From Mustelus asterias (taxonomy: Eukaryota), in NCBI RefSeq assembly GCF_964213995.1, contig NC_135812.1, forward strand, positions 98,704,001 to 98,768,000: a stretch of 64,000 nt of DNA, in the 5' to 3' direction. Positions within the stretch are counted from its first letter, which is position 1; the number at the start of each line of letters is the position of its first letter. Shown here piece by piece: positions 35,880 to 48,146 of this stretch. Under the pieces are notes generated by a model. The model was given only the letters and a program-made list of their open reading frames with translations. It was not told where the DNA came from and ran no database searches. The translations under genes and the position numbers were made by a program.

Positions 35880-38800
35880 GTAAAGTATAGTCACAAGTAG
35901 GCTTACATTAACACTGCAATGAAGTTACTGTGAATTTCCCCTAGTCGCCACACTCTGGCACCTATTTGGGTCAATGCACCTAACCACGCTTCCAGACTGG
36001 GAGGAAACCCATGCAGACACAGGAAGAACGTGCAAACTCCACACACAGTGACCCAAGCCAGGAATTGAACCTGGGTCCCTGGTGTTGTGAGGCAGCATTG
36101 CTAACCACTGTGCCACCCATATTGAACCTAGGTGAAGGCATACACAAGATTAGTACAAGCTCAGTAGAAGTTGATGAGCCCAGTGATGCAGTAGAAACAA
36201 GCTGAAGGAGATGGGCTAGGTTCAGAAGCTGAGAATAAGCAAATGCACAGTTGTTGCCGCTGTGTGTGTGGCATTGATCCACCAATGTTATCTTCAAGTG
36301 ACAGACAGTGTTGCGGTTCTGCAGACATGTGGTATTTTTGGTGAAGATTGTGCCTGCAGAACTCTAGCTTGTTGTGTGCCTCTGTCATCTAGGGAGGTTA
36401 AACATTAAAAGCTGAAATTCTTCTTGAAGATGGAATTTTGAAGGGCTTTTGATAGTGAGATTGACCCACATGCTGAGTGGATTGTTGAGTGAATTTGTCT
36501 TCATTGTATCTGCCATTTAATGTGCAATAAATTAGAATTGACTGCAATTTTCCTGTGAATTCATGTTCAATGTGTTGATTCTGGGTTTTTGAGTATAGGT
36601 GGTTGGCTAAGAAAGCGGGAGTCATGCTAGACATTTCATAGGTTCACACACACACACGGCCTGTCCTTTACAAGCAGAACAGATCCATCCATTCAGCCTT
36701 TTTAATTGAACAAACATTTGGGCGACTGACATTGCAGCCATTCCCAGATTCATTCCCCCTCGCAATGTCTTGATCAATCCGACCGGCTCCATTTGGAATT
36801 AAACAAAAGCTTGCCAGTTAACTGTTCCCTGATGTACTCTCCATGACAATGCCTCTACCAATCAGCACCCTCTGCTTATGCAGCATAAAGTTAATTTATT
36901 AGTGTCACCAGTAGGCTTGCATTAACATTGCAATGAAGTTACTGTGAACATCCCCTAGTCATCACACTCCAGCGCCTGTTCAGCTATGCTGAGGGATAAT
37001 TTAGCATAGCCAGTCAATTGGACTGTGGGAGGAAACACATGCAGACACGGGGAAAAGGTGCAGACCACACAGACAGCGACCCAAGCTGGGAATTGAACCC
37101 GGGTCCCTGGCCCTGTGAGGCAGCAGTGCTAACCACTGTGCAGCCACAAATCTCAGTTGTTAGTCTTACAAATCTGCTGAGCACAAAACAAAAAGTTTTG
37201 ACAGCACGTCTTCTTTTCAGCAATACTCAAAATAGCATTTATTGTTTTGCTTATCTAATTGTATAATAAAAATTCATTTGTTTTAAATTGCAAATAATTT
37301 TTGTAATATCCTCATAAGTCAATCTGCTGCCATTGGGGTCCAACCACAACCTTTCTCGACCAATTTCAGAGCTTAGAGGGTTCCCCTGTTCCATAGCAAG
37401 AGCTTCAGCTGTCTATGGAGGCAGCAACTCTGCAAACCTGTGATCTATAGCACTGACAAAAACAAAGGCAGCTGACACAAGGGAACATCAATATCTGCAC
37501 ACCAAACATCTTGACTAGGAAATGTATCACTGTCAGCAGCCAGTCAAAATCCTGGGAACCAGCACTGTGGATGTAAATGCACCACCACCTTCTCCGGGGC
37601 AATTATGGATAGGAAATAAATGCTACACGTGACTTAATTTTGTGCTCAGCATAAAATTGGGTGGAGGTTTCTCACGTGGTAAGCTTGCTGATATCAGTGA
37701 TGAGGCTTGAGAGTTAGAAAGGCCTCATTGTGTTCTTACATATAGAGAACAAAAGACAGTTCGTTAAAAGACACACAGGACATCTCTTGATTTATCATTG
37801 TTCTATCCAAAGCCTGGTGTCCCTATCGCAGAGATATGCAATACACGTGTCAAGTTTCACAATTTTTATCAGTTTGTTCAGGTTTCCACATCTCAAATTA
37901 CTGATAACAGACTTGGTATTTGGATTTATAATTTATTCAGAGGCAATATATTCCAGCCTCTCCAACTTTAGAAGCGATATCACCCCTCTCAGTTCAAACA
38001 TAGTTATCCACTTGTGAGATGTCAGTCATTTTACCTTTATGTCGATTTTGTTTCCAGTCAGTTGCAAGTCCCTCCTCTTCAGCTCAAGGCAAGGACCCCA
38101 GCCTTGGTTTTGAATTTGTGCAAGGACTGAATTCTGAATAATGTAATACAACAGCCAAATATTCTGGCTCATTTGGCTGTTCTCATGTGACCTGCTAAAT
38201 GCTGATCAAACAGCGGCTTGTTAACTAATGTAGGAAACGCACACTGTGACTGTTGTACTAATTGCCTGATCCCACGATTTAATCCATGAACAGTTGGAGA
38301 GACCAGGTGAAGCTCCAGAGACAGTGTACAGATTCCATGCAAAGCACATAAAGTAAAGTTTATTTATTAGTCACAAGTTAGGCTTACATTAACATTACAA
38401 TGAAGTTACTGTGAAATTCCCCGAGTCACCACACTCTGGCACCTGTTCGGGTCAATGCACCTAACCAGCACATCTTTGGACTGTGGGAGGAAACCGGAGT
38501 ACCCGGAGGAAACCCACGCAGACACAGGAAGAACATGCAAACTCCACACAGACAGTGACCCAAGCTGGGAATCGAACCCGGGTCCCTGGCACTGTGAGGC
38601 AGCAGTGCTAACTACTGTACCACCCACTGTCTACACACCATGTGGGTAAGGTGCTGTGCGCTGACAGCTTTGCAATAACAGTGGCATGCCCAAATTTGGA
38701 ACAAAGGTGGAGATACATTGCTCTGTGGGTAGCTAGGAGAAAAATAAAGTCCATCAAGTTTGCCTTCCACCATTCTGTTGAGTCCTCATGTACATCATTG

Positions 38801-40102
38801 TATTAACTCAATAAAAACAGAATCATTTCTTCACACCATCATCTGTCCATCACACAATGGAAATATAATCACAATGCACATATTAACTTCAGTGGAAGAC
38901 CAGCATTACATTCATGTGATTTAATTAAGTCAGGCAAGATCTGTCCTATTACCATTTGGAGAGAACCCATGGAATATTGGTAATGAAGTTAGCATACCCT
39001 ATTGCATTTATCTCATGATTTACATGAGGGCGGCACGGTTACCACTGCTGCCTCACAGCACCAGGGACTTGGGTTCAATTCCAACCTCGGGTCACTGTCT
39101 GTGGGGAGTTTGCACATTCTCCTCGTGTCTGCGTGGGTTCCCTCTGGGTGCTCCAGTTTCCTCCCACAGTCCAAAGATGTGGGGGTTAGGTTGATTGGCT
39201 ATGCTAAATTAACCTGAGTGTCAGGAGGATTAGCAGGGTAAATATGAGGGGGTCACAGGAATAGGGCCTGGGTGGGATTGTGGTCAGCGCAGACTCGATG
39301 GGCTGAATGGCCTCGTTCTGCACTGTAGGGATTCTACGATTCTAATTTGATTCGGATTTCAGCATGATTGTTCAAGTCAGCAAAACCTGTGACTAAGAGT
39401 TTGTTACAATTGTAATTCATATTTTGTGATCCTTGTCTATGCTACAGGATGGAACTTAAGTTATCAGTACATAATAACGGGCGGCACTGCTGCCTCTCAG
39501 CATCAGGGACCTGGCTTCGATTCCAGCCTTGGGTAACTGTCTCTGTGGAGTTTGCATGTCCTCCCCGTGTCTGCGTGGGTTTCCTCCCACAGTCCAAAGA
39601 TGTGTGGGTTAGCTATGCTAAATTACTCCTTGCAGTCAGGGGGATTCATAGAATCATAGAAACCCTACAGTACAGAAAGAGGCCATTCGGCCCATCGAGT
39701 CTGCACTGACCACAAATCCCACCCAGGCCCTACCCCCATGTCCCTACATATTTACCCACTAATCCCTCTAACCTATACATCCCAGGACACTAAGGGCAAT
39801 TTTTTTTTTAGCATGGCCAATCAACCTAACCTGCACATCTTTGGACTGTGGGAGGAAACCAGAGCACCCAGAGGAAACCCACGCAGACACGAGGAGAATG
39901 TGCAAACTCCACACAGACAGTGACCCAAGCCGGGAATCGAACCCAGGACCCTGGAGCTGTGAAGCAGCAGTGCTAACCACTGTGCTACCGTGCCACCCTG
40001 ATTCACAGGGTAAATATGTGTGGTTACAGGGATAGGGTCTGGGTGCGATTGTTGGTGGTGCAGGCACGATGGGCTGAATGGCTGCATTGTAGGGACTCTA
40101 TG
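35880..40102. mobile_element. Intergenic cluster of HE1-like SINEs: ~35880-36119(-), 36887-37147(-), 38349-38627(-), 39028-39345(+), 39478-40102(+) with nested 39646-39999(-)
   Basis: Shared head, core and tails; the nested copy is flanked by GATTCA duplicates. Confidence 0.85.
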
Positions 40103-40275
40103 GTATCACAGGAAACACTCCACATTCAAACAGGTAAAGCCTTAAGGTATCTTCTATATAAATTGCCTCAAAAGGCATTGAACCAAATAGTCCTATAGTG
40201 TATGTAAATCAGTGTCACACACATCCTAACACAAAATAGAGTCAACTAGCACAGGCCACTACTTTCAAAAAAAAG

Positions 40276-40281
40276 TTTATT
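40276..40281 (-). terminator. Candidate SYNGR2 polyadenylation signal
   Basis: Minus strand TGTACAAATAAA with downstream GT-rich tattttgtgttaggatgtgtgtg; marks the edge of a repeat-poor block. Confidence 0.5.
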
Positions 40282-42591
40282 TGTACAGTGGATTGAGCAC
40301 AATGACCATTTCTTTATGCTTTATTTGAAAGTTTCAAGTCCAAAGACCACAGCTACAGCTGGCTGTGTAAGCTCTAATACAATCAATATTAATGATAAAG
40401 AGACTTTGGAAGGCACAGCAGGAGGTGAGGCATGAACATCAGAGATTCGCAAACAATTTCTCCAACATCAGCCAGAGTAAATAAAATATTTGGTTCAACT
40501 ACACTCAAATGTCCAGTCCGTATGATTTTGAAATAATAGTCATTCTTCACTAAACACCTTTCGCTGTCCCCATTACTTCAATAATAATATTAAAATACAA
40601 CATTTTTCCATCACTAAGAACTTAAAGAAAAATTACTTTTCTGCCACCTCTCCTGCAGGCACAGGCTCCTGCTGAGTATCATTCCACAGGTTTGGATATT
40701 TTATTCTGAGGACATCACAGTTAAGCCCGAGTTCTCCTAAAGAAAGTGGGAACTTGGGCCCTGTCTCATACACCCAAGAATAAATACACAAGCCCTCCAA
40801 TTACAAAATAAAACAAGGGATATAAGCCACAACACTTCTCCAGAAACTAGTGAAGTGGGCTTCCACCACTTGGCACTCTTCAACAGTTATAAATAAGTCA
40901 GTAACAAAGACAGCAGTACAGAGCAGTGACTCCAGACTGAACACAAGGTGGTTGCTCTCCATTAGCTTAAACTGTACAAGTGGGAGGTTAGCTCTGGATG
41001 TAGCATTGAGGATAAGTATAATAACCTAGGAGATTCTCATTTGTTTAAAATAAACAGCATGAGTGCGTACTAATTGCATTAGCAAGTGGCTGTTCAACAG
41101 TTCAGCTGAGCAATGGATAATTATTAAGGCAGGAAGTGTTGATTTGAGCCTGGTGCTGTTAAAAATCCTTACACATTGGAATCCTCAGTGAAAATTAGTA
41201 TGTACTGGTGCTGTGCACACACTACAGTGCAGCGGGGACATGTGCTGTGCTGCTGTGACTGTCTGTCTGTCTATTCCAAGTGCTTAGTCAGTCACAGTCC
41301 TGCACAGCAGCAGTCGAAAGGCAGTGGGGTTCCAGCTGGTAGCTGTTGAGCAGACTTGACATCAAATCCAGAGAGTCTTCTCAACCTGAATGCTTGAAAT
41401 GTCAATAGTCTGCAAGACCCCAATATCATTTCAAAGGCACTTTGCAGTAAGTTGCCAGTTAATTATACAACACCTTCCCAGTGCAACAGTTGCCAATTTA
41501 ATTACAATTTCATATTCAGTATATGCCACAGAGAACCAAAAGCTAAATAACATTTCCCTAACATTTAAAAGCCCAATTTCAGTAGTTCATACAGTACAAA
41601 GAATACAAAAAAAATCCTTTTACAAAAAAAGTGATTTTGGTTATTTAACAAATTATAGAATATAATAAAGTGGTACAAAAGAAAAACACCCAACTTAATG
41701 AAATAACAACGTATTTCTGGATTCTAGACGTTGTGCAGATGTTTCAATTCAACAGATCAAACTAAATAGCCTCTCCCAAGTACTGCCCTGACCACAGTTT
41801 GTTTGCAACAAGAATCCTGGCTGGGATACGTGCGGGTTCCAGACGGGCCCTTTCCCCCCCACAAGCCCTGACCATTGGTCTAGTGTTTTTCAGAGGCATC
41901 TCTCTGCACAAAACAAAATCCCTCCTCCACCCCTCGAAATAAAGGAGGAAAGTCCACATGCAAAACAGGAAATACACAGCAGGAAAGAAGAACATTAACC
42001 ATTCCAACTCAGGACAGAACCCACCCAAAACATTAACCCATATTTAATCATTAAACACACATGCCTCCGTATTTAGTAAAACATTAGCCCATATACCCTT
42101 AGATTCTGGCAGACGTGCTGTGCATTTGCTGCTTTTATGGAGTAGTATAATTTCATTGAATATATTGTCCAGCCAGTCAAGCGAACACACAGGGAATAGA
42201 AAGCTCCTTTTGATTTTCAGACTCATTAGTGGATCCAGGCACCACTTCTTCCTAGTGCACTGTATTGGGCTGGGGTAAGAATTCTGACCCAATGAAAATA
42301 CAAAACCAGCTGCTATTCCTGATGCAAATGAAAACCTTAAAATTGTGACTGCACATACAACTGCTGCTGAGGGTGGTTTCCCCATCATCACAACGGAGAT
42401 CTTTCCCTCTCTGACAAACAGAGTTTCCGTCTGTAGCACCCAAAACTCCCAATTTGATCTTGGGCATCAGATCAGATGAAAATTTTTAAGATATGGTGTC
42501 TTTCCATGACCTCAGGGCATCTCGATGCACTTGATCTGTGCACAGCAAGCTCCCACAAACAGCAATGTAATAGTGGCAAGATGATCTGTTT

Positions 42592-42864
42592 TAAGTTTAT
42601 TTAATGTCACTAGTAGGCTTACACTAATTGCAATGAAGTTATGGTGAAAATCACCCAGCTGCCACACTCCGGCGCCTGTTCGGGTACACAGAGGGAGAAT
42701 TTAGCATGGCCAATGCACCTAACCAGCATGTCTTTTGGACTGTGGGAGGAAACCCACGCAGACACGAGGAGAATGTGCAGACTCCGCACAGACAGTGACC
42801 CAAGCCGGGAATCGAACACAGGCCCCTGACGGTATGAGGCAGCAGTACTAACCACCGTGCTGCC
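42592..42864 (-). mobile_element. HE1-like SINE (alternative tail) in the putative SYNGR2 3'UTR
   Basis: Head, core and tail match 23802-24070. Confidence 0.8.
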
Positions 42865-45800
42865 TTAAGTGATAGCGGTTGTGGAATAAATAAATATTGA
42901 GGACATCAGTGGGGGGGGGGGGGGGGGTGCGGGGAATATCCTAAGTAGTGCCTCCAGATCTTTTACATCTTTCCCTGGGGAAGCAGACAGTTTAATACCA
43001 TCACAATTACATTTGAGGCAAGGGCTTCTTGTTCCATCTCCAGCCCTTTTAACTCTACCACAGCGATTGAAGGTAACCTGTGCAACGACACAAGCCAGAT
43101 TGGCAATTAACATTGCTATTCTTCTCCACACACCGTCCCACCAGTTTCTCCCTGCCCTCCCCACCCATGACATTTCCCTGGGTTATTTTACTCTATAAAC
43201 TATGCATCGAGTGCAGACTGCTTTTGCTCAGCTTGGGATCCACGCTGTACACCTGTAAACAAAGTACTTCTGACGTCTGGAATCCAGCTTAGTTCAGATG
43301 CCTAAAAAAAAACAAGTCGCCACTCTTTCAAAACTGCAAGGAATCCACCCAAATTCCACCTTCAAACTCCTTGCAGTCATTTCACATCAGGCACAGCAGG
43401 TTTTACATTTACATATCCGACCAACACAAAACAAAATCAGATTAGCACATTTTTCATACACTCAATTTTTAAGAAACACTCCAGCGATAAAATAATTAAA
43501 CCCCAGCAGATCAACGAGGGATCGATGAGTTCACACCCAGCGCTCGTGGCATTTGGTGCGTGCCCTCACTTTGAGTGCTCAAAAATGTTCCTGTAGCATG
43601 TGACAAATTGAACCATAGCCAGTGGATGACAAGCTGCTCAAACCTGCCAGCAAAAAATAAAAATACTCTTGCACACAACAGGCGTTCGCAACAAAAGGCC
43701 AGTTCAATTCTTGATCAAAATTTAGGGGGTCCCAAGAAATGTACAGCACATGGGGGGAGCAAGCAGACCAATTTCTGAGGAACGAAAAGCACATGTGGAC
43801 ATGTTCCTGAGGGACGTGTAGTGCATGGGGAACACAGGAATGTAAAGCCCCATAATCTGCATCAGTTTTATGATAAATTTGTATCTTATTTGCTGTTTCT
43901 CAATGGCTTCATTCTGTTTGTACTTTTTTATTGGGGACATTTCATAGGAATTTACAATAGCAGGACCTAATTGGTACGGCTTCGATCCCAATTTCCCCAA
44001 GAGTTTTTCAAACGGTTACATCTGCAAAGATTCGGAATTCAAAGGGGCTTCAAATTGTATCCAATGCCTTTTGTTGGATATTTAAGGGGCTAATATCTGT
44101 GCAGTATGGGCACAATAAATGGATCATTCACAGAGGTTGCAGGGCTGTATTACTAATGTTACTAATAACACAGATACATGCAATAAATTGACACAATTTC
44201 TCCCAAACTCCTACTGCATAGCAGCCCAGTGGAAAACAAAGAAACAGGAAAGGATTGTTTCATGCTGTTTCTATAGTTTCCAAAGTTACAGTGATCAATC
44301 AGGAAAAGCCGGTGGAAAATTCTACCCTCGAAGGAGAGTGGAGCAATGATCAGAATCTTCTTCCGGCATCTTTGTAAATTTGTGGAAAAACACTGGGTTA
44401 CTGACGAGGGCAAGGCACCATGACAACTCGGGGAAAAAAAAGGACGGAATCTTTCCCAACTCACCACTGAGTGCTTACGTCAGAAATCTCCACAAGCTCA
44501 AAAGGTTCAAAAGATGTCACACTCCATTAATTTAAAATCCTGCTCCAGTGTTTCTGATCAGAACACATGCAGCAAGGCTGAGTGAAGCGTGGCTTAATGC
44601 ACTGAAATGCTTCACTTAGAACAGCTATGGATTGATAAAGAGCAGGGCAGACCTAAATTCACTTCACTGGAGACAATATTTCACCCAAGCCTCTGCACAC
44701 TGATTTATGGTAATATAACAACCCAGGTTCTACACTGCACATATTATAACTCTTGATTAAATTATCATGCACAGATTTGACACACTTCACTAGCTCATCT
44801 TGTATTTCTGGCACAAACCAACCATGGACTTGAGCTTAGATACAGAAACGTAAAGTTTTCAAGTAATCCTCCCATCTTTTAAAGGGGAATAGTGTTTGCC
44901 AACCACCCTCCTCCGGCGGATGTTAAACTGAACATGTTATTGAGCAGAAAAGGAGAAGCTTATGTTGAGGGAAGTCACAAGAGTATGAAACATTCTTCCA
45001 CTTTTTACATCCCGCTGCGATTTCCTTAACTGATGGCAGGCCATGGATAAACCTAGAGTTAAAGCTCCTCCTACCAACTGCGACCCAAAACCACAAACTG
45101 AAACCATTCAGCAGAACATTTTCATCGCCGACATTATTCTGTTTGGAGTGGTGCCGAGTGCTGCCTTAAAAGGGGTTTTATCCCGAGATTGCACCCACAA
45201 TGCTATGTAAAGGTTCTGTTGCTGCTGCCAAGCTTTACCCTGCCAGCCACATTCAACAAGCGCAGGGCAACTCTGGGGTTTTCCCGGCACTGGCGATGCG
45301 ACTGTAAAGCAGCAGCGCACAACAACCTGGCGCACTTCACTAATACAAAACCACACTTGGCACCGCCCAAAGACTTTCCTCAACAGAGGAAGATCCCACT
45401 AGGCAATGCTAGATTTAAGGTATACAGAGTTAAAATTGTTTGAGGCAGTTGAGAGTACATCAACAAGAGATGTCTCTGATGGCACGCGATTCAGGTTTTA
45501 CATAAAGATCCGCCATAATGCCTTTGCCAAACTTAGAGTTAGTGTTCTGAACTAGTGAGTTTCCAAACTCAAGCAACACAAATGGAAATGTACCAACTTT
45601 ATGGAGGGCAACATCCCGTTCTCAACATTTAAAGGTTAGATTTTGCAATGGGAGGTGATGGGAGATTACAAATTACACCTTCTGTTAGAAACTGTCCTTA
45701 AAGGTGGTCTTCAAACAGCGCATTTGTGGACCAGGGTTAAAAGGAAAGTGGTTGGTGATACAGGAAGAATTTTACTCGGAATAGCCGCTGGACGAATGGG

Positions 45801-46194
45801 AGCTCAGCTTAAAGGCTAGCTTCGAAAGGACGGAAGAAAGCGAGGGCCTGTGTCGATCCCAAACCGCAGACCCTCACTTCCAGCTCACTGCTGAGACACA
45901 TTGAGCAGAGACGTCCCCCTCCCTGAGGGAGGGGCACACATGCTCACACTTCTGGTGGCCAGTGTGTTACAGGAAGTCTGGCATCATGCCCACCCTCTTA
46001 GCAGAGGGCAGGAAAGTATGTTTGGGGTTCGGGGGGGGGGGGGGGGGGGGGGAGAAAAACAGAAAAAGAGGGTAAAAGTCACACCAAAATTGAAAAATGA
46101 TTATAGTAACAGCAACATCTATTCCTGCTCGCCATCGCTTGGTTCAGTTTGCCTCATACTCCAGGAGCTGGGGGAGTGAACTGCTCACTTTGGT

Positions 46195-46374
46195 TTAGTA
46201 GGTGGGTGGTTTGTACTCAGAGTCTGACTGGGCAGTGCCGCCAAATGGCGGCTGCTGGTAGTTTTCAGTGACGTTGGGATATGGTGGGTAATCATTCGTC
46301 GGGTCCATATACTTCTCGGTGAATTCCTCTGCGCCCATACGATATCGCTTGAAGGCAAAACAAACCAGCAACCC
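46195..46374 (-). CDS. SYNGR2: Synaptogyrin-2, last exon
   Basis: tttag|GLLVCFAFKRYRMGAEEFTEKYMDPTNDYPPYPNVTENYQQPPFGGTAQSDSEYKPPTY*; compare human ..NYQQPPF..YQPPPVY; paralogue assigned partly by synteny with TK1. Confidence 0.92.
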   Translation of the reverse strand, partial: GLLVCFAFKRYRMGAEEFTEKYMDPTNDYPPYPNVTENYQQPPFGGTAQSDSEYKPPTY

Positions 46375-46439
46375 CTAAACGGAAGGAAAACACCAAGAGT
46401 CACAATCAGGAATTCCAAACCTGGAACAACATCTCATGA

Positions 46440-46782
46440 AACAGCCTCCTATCCATCGTCTACACTTCCCACTGCCTCGGAAAAGCAGCCAGCATAATCA
46501 AAGAGCCCGGACATTCTCTCTTCCACCTTCTCCCATTGGGAAAAAGATCTGAGGACACGTACCAACCGACTCAAGAACAGCTTCTTCCCACTGCCATCAC
46601 ACTTCTGAATGGACCTATCCCGCACTAAGTTGATCTTTCTCTACACCCTAGCAATGACTGTAACGCTACATTCTGCACGCTCTCCTTTCCTTCTCTATGA
46701 ATGGTATGCTTTGTCTGTATAGCACACAAGAAACAATACTTTTCATTGTATACTAATACATGTGATAATAATAAATCAAATC
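46440..46782 (+). mobile_element. Rex1/Babar-type LINE 3' fragment
   Basis: YTSHCLGKAASIIK..GHSLFHLLP..TRTNRLKNSFFP. Confidence 0.65.
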
Positions 46783-47309
46783 TCTATCAGTGTAACACTG
46801 AGCCTGAGTGCCAAGCTTCGGTTTCCAATGAAGTGAAGATTGCTTTTCTATTCTTATTCTGATGCACTAAGGCAGACTTCCGTCTGTTTCTGTAGCTAGT
46901 AATTCCTGGAACAGATCACTTGTCTGTTGCCAGGGGTCTGCAGCATGAGGGAGCGACAGTCCACATCAAACGTGGTTGACCAGGAGTCTCTCCCGCTCTT
47001 ATCGCCAGCCACTGGTGTGTTTGGAAGAATTTGCATGTTGACATTCAACCTTTTTGACCACATTATGAATGCACCTTACTTAACCATCAACTCCTGGGGT
47101 GGGACTTGAACCCAGAGCTTCTGGCTCAGAGGTAGGGACAGCACCAACTGTGTCACAAAACCTCCTGAAGATTGCTTTTGCTGAACAGTAAAACTCTAGT
47201 TGCACACGTCAATTCCCTGACAATTCCCTGACACAGTGCATACAAAGGAAGTTGAATCCATGGTTTCACTCTTCTGTCAAGTGCTCCCACGTGACCCCCG
47301 CCCCCCAAA

Positions 47310-47820
47310 CTATCATAGTCAGAGTCATAGAGGTTTACAGCATGGAAACAGGCCCTTTGGCCTAACTTGTCCATGCCACCCCCTTTTTTTTTAAAAAACC
47401 ACCAAGCTAATCCCATATGCCCACATTTGGCCCATATTCCTCTATATCCATCTTACCCATGTAACTATCTAAACGCTTTTTAAAAGACAAAATTGTACCC
47501 ACCTCTACTACTACCTCTGGCAGCTTATTCCAGATGCTCACCACCGTGTGAGAGAAACAAATACTACTTTGGACACTTTATCTCTCCCCTCTCACCTTAA
47601 ACCTATGCCCTCTAGTGTTAGACTCCACTACCTTGGGAAAAGATATTGACTATCTAGCTGATCTATGCCCCTCATTATTTTATAGACCTCTATAAGATCA
47701 CCCCCAAGACTCCTGCGCTCCAGAGATAAAAATTACAGTCTATCCAGCCTCTCCTTATAACTCAAACCACCAAGTCCCAGGAGCATCCTAGTAAATCTCT
47801 TCTGCACTCTTTCTAGTTCT
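47310..47820 (-). mobile_element. CR1 LINE 3' fragment
   Basis: GDLIEVYKIMRGID motif; tail shared with 21690-21826. Confidence 0.75.
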
Positions 47821-48146
47821 GTAAAAAACCTAGCTATGAAAATATTAACTTATTTTAATGTGTTCTTGGGACGTGCATGTTGCTGATGAGGCCAGCTTTT
47901 ACTGCACCTCCCTCAGTGCCCCCGGGAAAATCTGGTGAGCCACCTTCTTGAACCCTTGCAGTCCCTGTGGTGTAGGTACACCTGCAGTGCTGTTAGGGAG
48001 GACATTCCAGGATTTTGACACAGCGACAGTGAAACAACAGTAATATATTTCCAAGTCAGATGGTGAGACATGGGAGAGAGATCAAAATTGGAACATGGCA
48101 GAATTCTTTCCTCCATTGATGTTTCCTCCCTACATTCCCCTGTTAT

